DNA of 64,000 bases, from NCBI GenBank assembly GCA_964248365.1, contig CAXTYC010000002.1:331275-395274 (forward strand). The letters are read 5' to 3'. How positions within the stretch are numbered: position 1 is the stretch's first letter; every line of letters begins with the position of its first letter. Both the position numbers and the translations under genes were made by a program. This DNA is from an uncultured Chroococcidiopsis sp. (lineage in GTDB: Bacteria > Cyanobacteriota > Cyanobacteriia > Cyanobacteriales > Chroococcidiopsidaceae). Below, piece after piece: positions 34,840 through 46,234 of this stretch. The notes beneath the pieces were generated by a model, which was not told where the DNA came from, made no database searches, and saw nothing but the letters and a program-made list of their open reading frames with translations.

Positions 34840-35701
34840 ATGAATAAGGTGAAGAAGCTCACTAAGCAACTACTGAAGATTACTGGTGTAAACTTCAAGC
34901 AATTAAAACAAATCCAAAGCAATAACTGCGGAATCAAAATTCTCTTCCCTAAACGAAGAGAAAATTATTGCTGATATTATCAAAAGTATAGATATAAAAC
35001 ATAAATTTTTTGTAGATATAGGTGCTGCTAATGGGGTCAGTTGGTCAAACACTTGTCTATTAGCTATCAATGGATGGGCGGGGTTGTCTGTAGAATATAA
35101 TAGTGAAGATTTTGCAGAACTTGCCTCAGAATATCAAGATTTTCCTGGGGTGAATTTAAGTAGATGTATGGTAACGCCCGACACTGTAGTGTCATTGCTG
35201 AGTGCTAACAAAGTACCGCGAGAATTCGGTGTTCTGAGCTTGGATATTGATAGTTTTGATTACGCGGTTTTAGAACAAATTTTAAATTATTATCGACCTT
35301 CATTAATATGTGTGGAAATTAATGAAAAAATTCCACCACCGATAAAATTTACAGTTAAATGGGAGCCAGAAAAATGGAACCCGAACCATGTGTGGAATAA
35401 GGACTATTTTTACGGTCAAAGTATTTCGCAGCTTCATGTACTTTGTACCGAACATGACTATGGAATTGTAAATCTTGAATACAATAATGCTTTTCTCGTA
35501 CCTAAAGAAATAAGTAAAATGCCATTTATGACTCCAGAGTCAGCTTTTAAACAAGGCTACCTGGAACGCACAGATCGAAAAGAAAAATTTCCCTGGAATA
35601 AGGAAATTGAAGAAGTTTATAGCTTATCACCTGAAGAAGCCTTAAAATTTCTTAACAAAACTTTTAAAAAGTACGAAGGCAAATACATTTGTACGCTTTA
35701 A
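34840..35701 (+). pseudogene. FkbM-like methyltransferase with a +1 frameshift near the 5' end
   Basis: The 35084 frame is open upstream through FVDIGAANGVSWSNT...GWAGLSVE but has no start; ATG at 34840 (MNKVKKLTKQLL) is one base out of frame; LSLDIDSFD and ICVEIN motifs downstream. Confidence 0.65.
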
Positions 35702-35795
35702 GAATTTGAGGGGCTAGAGGAACCAGGGGCTAGGGGCTAGGGGCTAGAGGCTAGTAAATATATATTTATCTCTCCCTCTCCCCCTCTCCCCAGCT

Positions 35796-36539
35796 CTACT
35801 TAGGCACTTCGCTTTTTTCTGGTTGAGGGGTAGGTATTTCAGGTGTTTGGGATGTAGAATCTTCGACAGTCCGTTTAGAAAAACCCCAGAGGAACAAAAG
35901 AGCGATCGCGCTAATCATTACCCATTCTGGCGGTACTAAAGTGTCGTTTACTACTTTGAGCAGCAGTCGTAAACCGACTAACGCTACAGTGGTGTAGCCT
36001 GCATCCGCTAGGTGGACATATTCATCTAGCCAGCGGATAAACAAACCAGCCATAAAGCGAAGAGTAACGATACCTATTGTTGCGCCTGTGAGTACCAGCC
36101 ATCGTTCTTGAGAAACAGCGATCGCGGTTGTAACGCTATCGAGGGAAAATGCTAGATCTGTAAAGGCAAGGACAGGGATAGCTTGCCAAAGGGAGTTAAA
36201 ACGCGGTCCTAGATGCTGATTATCCTCTCCTTGTTGCGAAGTAAAGTGTTGGAATACTAGCCACAGTAGGTAAGCTCCACCAAGTAACTCAAATTGCCAA
36301 AATTTTTGTACCCAAGTTGCGGTGAGAATTAAGCCAATACGCAGGACATAGGCAAAGACTAAGCCGATATTAAGCGCCTGACGTTCGAGTTTTTTGTCTT
36401 CGAGTCCTTGGGCGATCGCAGCTAGGGCGATCGCATTGTCAGCAGATAGCACCGCCTCTAAAAAGACGAGGATGATTAAAACCAGACTGGCTTCAATGCT
36501 GGCATGATAAGGAGAGTCTAAAATTTGGTCTATCATCAA
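35796..36539 (-). CDS. TerC-family membrane protein
   Basis: LEAVLSADNAIALA, DLAFSLDSVTTAIA. Confidence 0.93.
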   Translation of the reverse strand: MMIDQILDSPYHASIEASLVLIILVFLEAVLSADNAIALAAIAQGLEDKKLERQALNIGLVFAYVLRIGLILTATWVQKFWQFELLGGAYLLWLVFQHFTSQQGEDNQHLGPRFNSLWQAIPVLAFTDLAFSLDSVTTAIAVSQERWLVLTGATIGIVTLRFMAGLFIRWLDEYVHLADAGYTTVALVGLRLLLKVVNDTLVPPEWVMISAIALLFLWGFSKRTVEDSTSQTPEIPTPQPEKSEVPK

Positions 36540-37090
36540 CTATTTCTTAACTTGAAACTGAAAAACCTTGCCCGATGAGCAAAACAATTATTAAAACTGC
36601 CAAAAGCGTACTAATACAGCTTAACCTCTTGTCGGTAAATCGGGACTAGAGGTGAGGGGTGAGTGGGTGAGTGGGAGAGGGGGAGAATTCTGAATGCGCG
36701 AATTTCCGAGTCCCTTTTCTTTTAACTGGTAACTGGTAACTGGTAACTGGTAACTGATTTCCCTTTCCCCTTTAGCCAAAGCTCTTATTTATCTAAATTT
36801 CAAAAACTAGCTCGTTAGGTGTGCGATCGCAATTCACGACTTGAGATAAATGTGACTACGTTTGCAATTTCTTCCTTTGCTTTTAAGATAACTTGCTAAA
36901 TTGTATCTTTTTCTTCAGACATCTTTAAGTGAAACTAATTAACTAAAATGTTGGATGTATAAACAGTTACTTAAGTGCGGTGTATGTTGTCTATTCATAT
37001 TCTGATTGAAAACAAATTGTGCAATTGCTAAGCCTTTTCGCTATGTATGAGTTAAGCAAAAGTTATTATACACGGTAATAATCACTGTAA

Positions 37091-37248
37091 CACCAATTAT
37101 GTTTGTCTTTGCAATCCTTCAGATCCCCTAACCCCCGTAATACTAATAGCTTCGCTTCCTCTGGTTTCCCCCTTTAAAACTCTGACGGAAGGGGGATCAA
37201 GGGGGTTAATGGGGGGATCAGCTGTGTCGAACAAAGAACGAAATGGTA
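37091..37248. mobile_element. Degenerate MITE-like element related to 9582-9680
   Basis: CACCAATT...AAATGGTA termini, TAA/TGA flanks, internal GATCCCC...GGGGGGATC. Confidence 0.5.
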
Positions 37249-37699
37249 TGACACTGATATGCATACAAAGGAAAGAAGCAAGCTTTCTGGTTTGGCGGGG
37301 ATTTTTGGGCATGGTTAGGGTAGACAATTAAGGAAGTTGAGCTAATAATGGGGCGGGTGGTTTCCTTACTGCCCAACTGACTAAATTTGCCAAAAATGCA
37401 ATTTCAATAGAGTAATACAAGGGTAGAGTAGGAATTTTCCGGCGATTTTTAGGAATTTACATATCAATGACATAATTTTAAATATTTCAGCCTTTGCAGA
37501 CTTCCTCAACCCAGTAGAGACAGAGAATTAATTCTTTGGGAAAATAAAAGGAAATGAAATAGCGATCCCCCCAACAAAGCAGGCGATCGCAAGATATATG
37601 TGTAAATTCTCAAAAAGTGCGATCGCCTTGTGTACCCTAATCAAAAATTAATTCATACCCCAACAAAATCGCAAATAAAATATTTCCGATGTGGATTTT

Positions 37700-38353
37700 T
37701 TATACCAATTGCAACTGCACATTTTGTAGTCGGCAAATCGCTTTGAAAACTTGCAATAACTGCGTAGAACGTTCAGGCTCGATTAGAATAAGTTCTGGCA
37801 TTAATTGATAAGTTGGCGGATTTCCTCGCCTCAAATGCACAAACTGATAACGCAGTCCGTTCGTTACCAATCCCCATACCGATTCCTGCTGCTCTAAACT
37901 TTTAAAGGCATAGGTCAATAATTGCGGTAAAGCCGTAAATACCTCTACCAAACCATTTTTCGTTTCAATTACTAAAATCCACAAAGGCGGGGCAGTCGTA
38001 CCTAACTGGGTATTGACTGCTAGAATATCTAACCGTCCGGTAATTTTTATATCCTCGTCTTCAACAGAAATCGCAATACTATCTTCCATCGTCAAGCGGA
38101 TGGGAGCTTGATAAAATCCAGCCGATCGCATCAACGGTGCAAGTGTCAAAAATTTAACTAATCCTTCAGAAATTTTACGCCCTGATAGATAACGCTCAAA
38201 ATCGTTCCTAATTCGCAATAAATCTTGCTGTTCAAACTCTGATAGAGGCTCTAGAGTTAAAAAGTCTGTGAATACTCCCTGCGATCGCCTTTCCAATTTC
38301 AAAAGGCGATGAACCTCATCGAGGGTTAGAGTACTAGCTTCTTGTGATGGCAT
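37700..38353 (-). CDS. Stand-alone HsdR-N-like PD-(D/E)xK nuclease-fold protein
   Basis: ITGRLDILAV...WILVIETK...LPQLLTY...WGLVTNG; start set at MPSQEAS. Confidence 0.8.
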   Translation of the reverse strand: MPSQEASTLTLDEVHRLLKLERRSQGVFTDFLTLEPLSEFEQQDLLRIRNDFERYLSGRKISEGLVKFLTLAPLMRSAGFYQAPIRLTMEDSIAISVEDEDIKITGRLDILAVNTQLGTTAPPLWILVIETKNGLVEVFTALPQLLTYAFKSLEQQESVWGLVTNGLRYQFVHLRRGNPPTYQLMPELILIEPERSTQLLQVFKAICRLQNVQLQLV

Positions 38354-38484
38354 ATCAAGCATTGTAAGTGTTTGACTACAATTATCAAACAAAGCGCGAT
38401 CGGGTATCTTAATGAAACTCAAAACACTTTCAGGTAAATCTGCGTTCAAAATATTCAGTAACAACGGCAATAACAGCAATCACC

Positions 38485-40455
38485 ATGTCACAAGTTACGA
38501 TTGAATCAATCCTGCAAGAAAAGCGTTTATTCCACCCTCCGGCTGAATTCTCCCAAAAAGCACACATCAAAAGCCAGGAAGAATACGATCGCCTCTACAA
38601 CAAAGCTGCGTCAGATCCCCAACAATTTTGGGCAGAACTGGCTCAACAAGAATTACACTGGTTCCAAAAATGGGATAAAATATTAGATTGGCAACCGCCT
38701 TTTGCTAAGTGGTTTGTGGGGGGCAAGATTAATATTTCTTACAACTGCCTCGATCGCCATCTCACTACTTGGCGTAAAAATAAAGCAGCTTTGATTTGGG
38801 AAGGAGAACCAGGAGACTCTCGTACCCTGACATACGCCCAGTTACATCGAGAAGTATGTCAGTTTGCCAATGCTTTGAAACAGCTAGGTGTGCAAAAAGG
38901 CGATCGCGTGGGGATCTATATGCCCATGATACCCGAAGCAGCGATCGCCATGCTTGCTTGTGCCAGAATTGGTGCAACTCACAGCGTCGTCTTTGGCGGT
39001 TTCAGTGCCGAGGCTTTGCGCGACAGGCTGAACGATGCCGAAGCTAAGGTAGTTGTTACAGCTGATGGCGGTTGGCGTAAAGATGCAATGATCCCTCTCA
39101 AAGCTTCGGTAGATAAAGCTCTAGCCGATGGTGCTGTACCCACAGTTAAAAATGTGCTTGTGGTGCGGCGTACTGGGCAAGAAATTCGCATGGAACCAGG
39201 GCGGGATAGTTGGTGGCACGATTTGCAAAAAAATGTATCAGCCGATTGCCCAGCCGAACCAATGGACAGCGAAGATATGCTGTTTGTCCTGTACACTTCT
39301 GGCAGCACTGGCAAACCGAAAGGCGTGGTACATACCACAGGTGGTTATAACTTATACACTCACATGACCACCAAATGGATATTTGATCTGCAAGATACCG
39401 ATGTCTACTGGTGTACCGCTGATGTTGGCTGGATTACAGGACACAGCTATATTGTCTATGGCCCCCTTTCCAACGGCGCAACCACGCTGATGTATGAAGG
39501 TGCGCCCCGTGCTTCCAATCCTGGTTGTATGTGGGATGTAATTGAAAAATACGGCGTGACAGTCTTTTATACTGCTCCTACGGCAATTCGTGCTTTTATC
39601 AAGATGGGCGAAGATTTGCCCAACGCTAGAAACTTGTCTTCACTGCGACTGCTGGGAACAGTGGGGGAACCAATTAACCCAGAAGCCTGGATGTGGTATT
39701 ACAAGGTAATTGGCAAAGAACGCTGTCCGATTGTTGATACCTGGTGGCAAACAGAAACTGGTGGGATTATGATTACAGCGTTACCAGGCGCGATACCCAC
39801 TAAACCAGGTTCTGCTACTCGCCCCTTCCCTGGAATTTTGGCTGATGTTGTCGATTTGGAAGGGAACACAGTGGCAAATAACGACGGTGGATATCTAGTA
39901 GTGCGGCATCCCTGGCCTGGTATGATGCGAACAGTATATGGCGATCCAGATCGCTTCCGCCGCACCTATTGGGAACACATTCCCCCCAAAGATGGGCAAT
40001 ATGTCTATTTTGCGGGTGATGGCGCGAGACAGGATGAAGATGGTTACTTTTGGGTAATGGGGCGTGTGGATGATGTGATCAACGTCTCAGGACACCGTTT
40101 AGGGACAATGGAAGTTGAATCAGCTTTAGTTTCCCACCCAGCGGTTGCCGAAGCAGCTGTTGTCAGCAAGCCGGATGAAGTTAAAGGAGAAGATATCGTC
40201 GCCTTCGTCACCCTGGAAGGTACACATCAACCCAGTGAAGAATTGAGTAAACAACTCAAGCAGCACGTTGTACAGGAAATTGGTGCCATCGCTCGTCCAG
40301 GTGAAATCCGCTTTACTGATGCCCTGCCCAAAACCCGCTCTGGTAAAATTATGCGACGGCTACTTAGGTCGCTAGCATCTGGGCAAGAAGTTTCTGGTGA
40401 TACTTCCACACTCGAAGATCGAGGCGTGTTAGATAAGCTACGCGGGGGAGCATAA
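38485..40455 (+). CDS. acs: Acetate--CoA ligase
   Basis: [60 protein letters not shown]. Confidence 0.97.
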   Translation: MSQVTIESILQEKRLFHPPAEFSQKAHIKSQEEYDRLYNKAASDPQQFWAELAQQELHWFQKWDKILDWQPPFAKWFVGGKINISYNCLDRHLTTWRKNKAALIWEGEPGDSRTLTYAQLHREVCQFANALKQLGVQKGDRVGIYMPMIPEAAIAMLACARIGATHSVVFGGFSAEALRDRLNDAEAKVVVTADGGWRKDAMIPLKASVDKALADGAVPTVKNVLVVRRTGQEIRMEPGRDSWWHDLQKNVSADCPAEPMDSEDMLFVLYTSGSTGKPKGVVHTTGGYNLYTHMTTKWIFDLQDTDVYWCTADVGWITGHSYIVYGPLSNGATTLMYEGAPRASNPGCMWDVIEKYGVTVFYTAPTAIRAFIKMGEDLPNARNLSSLRLLGTVGEPINPEAWMWYYKVIGKERCPIVDTWWQTETGGIMITALPGAIPTKPGSATRPFPGILADVVDLEGNTVANNDGGYLVVRHPWPGMMRTVYGDPDRFRRTYWEHIPPKDGQYVYFAGDGARQDEDGYFWVMGRVDDVINVSGHRLGTMEVESALVSHPAVAEAAVVSKPDEVKGEDIVAFVTLEGTHQPSEELSKQLKQHVVQEIGAIARPGEIRFTDALPKTRSGKIMRRLLRSLASGQEVSGDTSTLEDRGVLDKLRGGA

Positions 40456-40735
40456 ATAATCTGCGGGTGCGTCATAACGCACCCTATCCAAAAATTATCA
40501 AAATAGTAGATAGAATCCTTCTAATTCGGTTACGCCAATCGATAGTAACGGTAAGGATAACAATATTTGCAGTTTGATTGTTTAAAGCAAATCGTCTTTC
40601 TTGAGCAACTCAAACTTGCTAGCGATTGTTATGTCGTAGACGTTGGTTGCAATGAAGGAGAGTTTGTAAGATGAGGACTTTCCACCAAATGCGATCGCTT
40701 TCTTCTGCTTTAATTAATACTCAACACAATGGCTC

Positions 40736-43700
40736 TCACCCTTCCATTTCCCGAATAATCCTCATTGTTTCTACACTAACACTACAAACTCTTTGCAGAA
40801 GATCTATCACCTGCTCTTTATAATCTGCAAAGCGGTAAGTGTTGAACTTTGCTGCAATGGTTGGATCTTTGGGTTTGGTTTCCTTATATTGCTCCAAAAT
40901 CCACTCTAAAGCAGAACGATTACCTAAGCAATATTCCCAGGCTTCTTTAGGGACACCTTCAAGGGTGGTTATATCATCTAAAAATATCGTTCCCTTGTCT
41001 TTATCTGCTTTTAATTTTGTTTTTGGGGTTCGGACGGGTTTATTCTGTTTATCTGTATGTTGCAATAGATTTTTCGTGATGGTAGGGGCGGGTTTACCCT
41101 GCATATGTGTAGTAGGGGCGGGTTTACCCTGCATATCTGTAGGAATACGAGAAATTTCATTAAACCCGCCCCTACTAGATATTTCATTAAACCCGCCCCT
41201 AGTGTGATCCCCCACAGGTAAATCAATGCGTTTTAAACCGAATGGTGCGACGGATTCATAATTAATATGTAAATCCATCAACTGTTTACCCCAGTTAACC
41301 CATTGGGAAAAGTTATCGTAAAAAGGTAAACGGGGAAACTCTCGTTTCAGATTGATTTCATACTTTGTCCGATAAGCAGGATTGTGTAAAACAGCGTAGG
41401 TATAGTAAAAAATATCTGATTTGGTAATTGTAGCACCATAATAATTTTGGAATTGCTCTAATCCCCAGTCGGTAATGTTATCAATGCGGTTCCCGTCTTT
41501 ATCGTAGTGGTAGAGGGGAAGACATTGTGAATCACCTACTAAGTGATAATCAGGTATCTGATTGCTAGCCAAAGTCATAAAAGGCTTTAGCGAACCAGGA
41601 TCGGTAAAGCAAATAATTAAATTTTGATTATCAGTGTTTATAAATATTTGTCCTAGCTGATAATGCATTTCATTTAAATTTTTACTGAAATACAACTTTC
41701 TTTTCACAAAAGGTCTATATAAACTGTCTCTAATAGCACTAGCTGCAAAACTATATTTTCTACCTTTACTTAAATCGTTTTTAACGGCTCTTGTCCACTT
41801 GATTAAGGGGCGCTCGGCTAGAGGCTGCCAGCTAGAATTATTAGCTAATCTGTCATCAACAGCTCGGTTATAAACTTTAATTAAATATCTAATTTTGTGT
41901 TTGATATCTTTTGTTGAATTAGCATAAACCCATTCATCTCTTGCAGTAATAACTCCCAAAGAAAATAATTTAAATACTGTATTTTCATCTTTCTTACTTT
42001 TTGCCAACTTAGTATTTTTGTTGGCTAATGTAAGTAAGCTATCAAAATTAGTATCTGCAAGATTTATCCAGTTATTGTCTTGTGGTATTATTTGTTTAAA
42101 AGGTAAGTTTTGAAATTTATTACTACTTAGGTACAATTTTTTTTCATCTGAATTAGCAAAATCTGCTATGGCATGATAATATATTTTACAGCCTTGAGTA
42201 TTTTCTTTTCTAACTAGGAAATAAACGGCGATTCCTACTTTAATAGTATTATTAAATACGTTGCCGCCTTCTCTACGTCTTCTTTCACCACTTGTACGAG
42301 CGTTGCCTTTTAGATTAATTATATAAATCTCATTAAATTCTTCAGCAACAACCTTTCTAAAACCATCGTAGGCTCGTGCATCAATAAAGGAATTATTAGA
42401 GACAAAAGCAATTATACCATTTTTAGCTAATCGGTCAGAAGCCCAACGTAAAAACCTAGCGTACATATCATATAATTTAGTTTTTTTTGCCTTGCTGTTT
42501 CTAATATAAGTAGCTTGGATACGGCGATCAAGTGCTGGATATTTTAAGTTTTTATTATTTTCATTTTCATTTAATTGATTTGCATTGTATGGCGGATTAC
42601 CAATAATTACAGAGATAGTACGTTCATTCTGCCGTTTAATTCTTTCTGGGTTTTCTAAATTATTATCAAATAAATTATCCTGCCTACTCTCAAAAGATGT
42701 ATGTTCAAGCGTATCGACAAAACAAATATTTTCAAACTTTTCATATCTACCCATTTTTTGGCGGTAAGTAAATTCAATGTCCAAATTAGCAATATAATAA
42801 GGTAAAATTGCTACTTCATTACAATGAATCTCATTTTTATATTTGTATTCCAATTTATTTTTAGGCAAATATTCAATTAATTCTGTAATAAATGTTCCTG
42901 TACCAGTAGCTGGATCTAAAATTTCAACATCTTTATCTGCTAATAGCTTGTCAAAATGATTATGGGTTAAATAGTCTACACTTTCAATCAGAAAGCGAAC
43001 AATTTCATTTGGTGTGTAGACGATACCTAATCTATCAGCAGCTTTGGGGTTATATGCTTTGTAAAAGTTTTCGTATACTGCTTTCAAAAACTTTTGTTTT
43101 TCCGAGTGGCTGTAGATACTTGTTGCAGTTCTTATAATCACTCCATAGTAATTTTCAATTGTTCTAAAAAGGTTTTTTTTAGTGCTAGCTGTTAAGAATG
43201 TATCTATTACTCGTTGTAACTCACGAGTAATATTGTTTTCTTGATAGAATGAAGATTCTTTGAATATATTGTGAAAAATATCTTCAGTCAAAATATGCTG
43301 GAGCAACATTTCTCGGATGTCCAGCAATGTTAAGTTAGGATTTATCGATTTTTTGCAAATATCCCAGAATTGATTTAGGCTATTTCTAAACTCTAAATTC
43401 GTTTCATTTTGTTGCTCAATTCTTTTTCGCAAACTATCTAAAATTGTCGGTAAGTCTTGCTTAAATGTCTCAATGGCTGCTTGGAAATCCCTAACTTCTG
43501 GGCGCGCATAGTTAATAAAACGAATGAGTAATTTGTCTAGTGCTTCTCCATTTTGCATAGAGACTCGTATTACCTCAGTTCCGTTTTGAATCAAAACCGC
43601 TGTTTGTGAATCTTCAAATAAAATGTTGCTATCTGGGTAGCCTTGGGAAAGCTTGTTTTCAATTTCCCTATTTAAATTGTCATATTGATCTTTGTTTTCC

Positions 43701-43930
43701 CAGTAACCCCAATCTAGACGCAATGCATCTTTAACTGTGCCGTCAGGATAGATGATTTTGCCACTTATAGTTTTATAATCCAATGCAGGGATAAGTTCAA
43801 AGTCTCTAGCTTTACAATACTTGCTAAGTAATTTTTGAAAAGCAAAACGAAGAGAAGCTTTTTGATTGCTTTCACCAGCTTGAATAATTTCTTGTACTTC
43901 TAATTGATATTGACTTACCAGACTCGACAC
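40736..43930 (-). CDS. Single-chain restriction-modification enzyme (PD-ExK nuclease + N6-adenine MTase + Type ISP-like specificity domain; no helicase)
   Basis: PDGT...YWENKD, GIVYTPNEIV, LDPATGTGTF, IIGNPPYN, GVITARDEW, LYRPF, YTYAVLH...EFPRLP, GNRSALEW; AT-rich, no HIP1 seen. Confidence 0.9.
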   Translation of the reverse strand: MSSLVSQYQLEVQEIIQAGESNQKASLRFAFQKLLSKYCKARDFELIPALDYKTISGKIIYPDGTVKDALRLDWGYWENKDQYDNLNREIENKLSQGYPDSNILFEDSQTAVLIQNGTEVIRVSMQNGEALDKLLIRFINYARPEVRDFQAAIETFKQDLPTILDSLRKRIEQQNETNLEFRNSLNQFWDICKKSINPNLTLLDIREMLLQHILTEDIFHNIFKESSFYQENNITRELQRVIDTFLTASTKKNLFRTIENYYGVIIRTATSIYSHSEKQKFLKAVYENFYKAYNPKAADRLGIVYTPNEIVRFLIESVDYLTHNHFDKLLADKDVEILDPATGTGTFITELIEYLPKNKLEYKYKNEIHCNEVAILPYYIANLDIEFTYRQKMGRYEKFENICFVDTLEHTSFESRQDNLFDNNLENPERIKRQNERTISVIIGNPPYNANQLNENENNKNLKYPALDRRIQATYIRNSKAKKTKLYDMYARFLRWASDRLAKNGIIAFVSNNSFIDARAYDGFRKVVAEEFNEIYIINLKGNARTSGERRRREGGNVFNNTIKVGIAVYFLVRKENTQGCKIYYHAIADFANSDEKKLYLSSNKFQNLPFKQIIPQDNNWINLADTNFDSLLTLANKNTKLAKSKKDENTVFKLFSLGVITARDEWVYANSTKDIKHKIRYLIKVYNRAVDDRLANNSSWQPLAERPLIKWTRAVKNDLSKGRKYSFAASAIRDSLYRPFVKRKLYFSKNLNEMHYQLGQIFINTDNQNLIICFTDPGSLKPFMTLASNQIPDYHLVGDSQCLPLYHYDKDGNRIDNITDWGLEQFQNYYGATITKSDIFYYTYAVLHNPAYRTKYEINLKREFPRLPFYDNFSQWVNWGKQLMDLHINYESVAPFGLKRIDLPVGDHTRGGFNEISSRGGFNEISRIPTDMQGKPAPTTHMQGKPAPTITKNLLQHTDKQNKPVRTPKTKLKADKDKGTIFLDDITTLEGVPKEAWEYCLGNRSALEWILEQYKETKPKDPTIAAKFNTYRFADYKEQVIDLLQRVCSVSVETMRIIREMEG
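41082..41202. repeat. Nested REP/SDR-like palindrome (GTAGGGGCGGGTTT)2...(AAACCCGCCCCTA)2 inserted in frame
   Basis: Left arms at 41082 and 41112, right arms at 41162 and 41189. Confidence 0.9.
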
Positions 43931-44586
43931 GGAAACGAAAAATAATAAAAAGGAAGCAAATCAAGTCTGGCTTAAGAAAAATTCAATTGCTTCAGTGATA
44001 TTTACAATTTATTCTTGTCGGTGTTATTACTTAAAATATGTGAAAAAGTTAAGGAGGAAAGTTATTAGTAATAAGTAGTTGGATAAAGATAAAATAAAAC
44101 CTTGGTGCAGAACAGGTTCGCTCTAGATTGCGCCTATACTTTAGAAAAATACAATAGTATAAATATCAGTGTTATTACTTATTTAGAATATTTAAAATTT
44201 TAGATTTATTACCTAAAAATACTTACTTTACGGTGGGCATTGCCCACCCTACTCTCATATAAGCATTAATGGGGTACAATTGTTGATGAAAGACTTGTTT
44301 ATAATTATGCTTGCTTCAGTAAAGTATTCTGGATGAAGAGAGGATATATGTGGCAATCGCATATTGAATTTAAACAATCCATTATCTCAAAAAATTAATA
44401 TTAAATAATTCAAACCACAAGACATAACCTCCTTTTTACAGAAGGCTATAGCTTTGGATGAGGAGAACAGTAATAAACTTTTGTCTCTTTAGTGGTAGCC
44501 AATCAGAATAAAATTATTTCTCTTGCTAGGGGAAGAACTAAAAAAAAATTTTAGAATCATTTAAATTGCTCTATTTTCCTGACCTT

Positions 44587-45333
44587 ATGACTGTTTTATT
44601 ATTAGTGTTGGCAAGTTTTGTCGCTTGGTTCATCAGCAGCCTAGCTGGTGGCGGTAGTCCATTTATCATCATTCCAATGGTAAATTTTTTGATGGATGCA
44701 CAAGCGGTTCCGCCAGTTGTTACAACGGGTATGCTACTGGGAAACTTGCAGAGAGTCTTTGTGTTTTGGCAAGATATTGATTGGCAATTGACTTGGTGGT
44801 ACTTGCCTGGAGCAGTTTTGGGAGCAGTATTAGGTGCATTTGTATTTACTCAAACTCAACTGCAATGGCTGCAAGTTCTGCTGGGATTATTTCTTGTTAG
44901 TTCTGTTTTTAGTTTTGGGTTGGGAAAAAAAGAACAATCCTTTAAGGTTCAGGGTTGGTTTTTCTTACCCGCTGGTTTTGTATATGCTTTTCTTTCAGGA
45001 TTGATTGGTAGCATTGGTCCTATTTTAAATCCATTTTATCTGAATTACGGCTTGCTTAAAGAAAAAATGATTGGCACTAAATCTGCTCATGTTTTGGTGG
45101 TACATATAGCTAAAATAATCACTTATGCTACGTTGGGAGTGTTGACAAAGCCCTATCTTTGGTATGGTTTAGTTATTGGAATTACAGCTATTCCAGCTAA
45201 TTGGATTGGACAGATGGCTTTGAAAAGGATTAGTGATGAACAATTTCGACAGTTTGTAATTGCTCTTGTGACTATCAGCGGCTTGTTAATTCTTTGGCAG
45301 CAGCGCGATTTTTTTGTTTTTTGGGTTAGTTGA
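44587..45333 (+). CDS. Sulfite exporter TauE/SafE family membrane protein
   Basis: ISSLAGGGSP, PGAVLGAVLGA, FLSGLIGSIGP; highly hydrophobic. Confidence 0.88.
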   Translation: MTVLLLVLASFVAWFISSLAGGGSPFIIIPMVNFLMDAQAVPPVVTTGMLLGNLQRVFVFWQDIDWQLTWWYLPGAVLGAVLGAFVFTQTQLQWLQVLLGLFLVSSVFSFGLGKKEQSFKVQGWFFLPAGFVYAFLSGLIGSIGPILNPFYLNYGLLKEKMIGTKSAHVLVVHIAKIITYATLGVLTKPYLWYGLVIGITAIPANWIGQMALKRISDEQFRQFVIALVTISGLLILWQQRDFFVFWVS

Positions 45334-45339
45334 AATTTA

Positions 45340-45454
45340 TATAGCGATCCTATTTTCTTTGTGAAAGAGAGTTTTTTAACGAACCACAGAGGTGCAGAGG
45401 ACACAGAGCTAAGAATTAGAGAGATAATTTTACAAATCATCTAGGATTGCTATA
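45340..45454. mobile_element. MITE with TATAGCGATCCTA / TAGGATTGCTATA ends (IS630-like TA termini)
   Basis: 13-bp near-perfect terminal inverted repeat; internal AACGAACCACAGAGG...CACAGAG repeat related to 16898-16928. Confidence 0.75.
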
Positions 45455-45475
45455 GATTATGGTGAACAAGGGTGG

Positions 45476-46234
45476 CTACATTTGGTTAGCATCAATAACC
45501 GAGTTGATAAAATCTGCATACGCTTCTTTCATAGGTAGTTCTTCATCCACTTTAATCCGCCGTCGGGTGGTAACAACAGTTTCGTTTTGAATCGGATTGT
45601 AGCCCTCTTTTTGATATTCTTCCCAATACAAGCACACTCCTCGGCGCTGCCAAGTGGGTAGGTTGTTGAAGTTAATGCCGTGTTGAAAGAGCAATTCGTT
45701 TTTGAATGCTACTGATCGCCCTTCAAGCATAGTTGTTGCCTGCTTAACACTTTTACCCGCTTTGCGTAGTGTCCAATAACACCAGCCATTCAAGGCGCAG
45801 CGGGTAGCATCTGCCTGTCGCCAACGAAAGTAATCTAACACCTGCGACTTGTCTACACCCAGCCAGATGCGGCTATCAAAATTTACTACTGTATGGCAAG
45901 CGTGGGTAAATGTTGAACTGGCAATGCTAGCAGAAATAGATACAATCTTTTCTAGGCTGCGGTCAAAAAAATTCCACTGTGGAGGGCATAGTATAGAGAT
46001 TTCATCGCTTTCTGTATATGCATAAATACCCTGAAGTTGTTCTAAGACGGCTTTGGTAGTTTGCACCATTAGTTCGTGGAACTTTAGATCAAAAGGCTTA
46101 TCGAATTTTGACTCGGTAAACTGCGAAAACCCTCTACCGTCAAGGCGAATTACTACCCAAGCTCCAGGTAAGAGACGCAGGTTATGAAAGTATTCCATAG
46201 CCCGCATTTTATTTTCAAATGCATTGTTATCCAT
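45476..46234 (-). CDS. Thg1-like protein (tRNA-His guanylyltransferase family 3'-5' polymerase)
   Basis: VVIRLDGRGFSQFT, FDKPFD, YTESDEISIL catalytic acids, FDSRI, YFRWRQAD, INFNNLPTWQRRG; ATG overlaps the upstream stop (ATGGATAA). Confidence 0.93.
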   Translation of the reverse strand: MDNNAFENKMRAMEYFHNLRLLPGAWVVIRLDGRGFSQFTESKFDKPFDLKFHELMVQTTKAVLEQLQGIYAYTESDEISILCPPQWNFFDRSLEKIVSISASIASSTFTHACHTVVNFDSRIWLGVDKSQVLDYFRWRQADATRCALNGWCYWTLRKAGKSVKQATTMLEGRSVAFKNELLFQHGINFNNLPTWQRRGVCLYWEEYQKEGYNPIQNETVVTTRRRIKVDEELPMKEAYADFINSVIDANQM

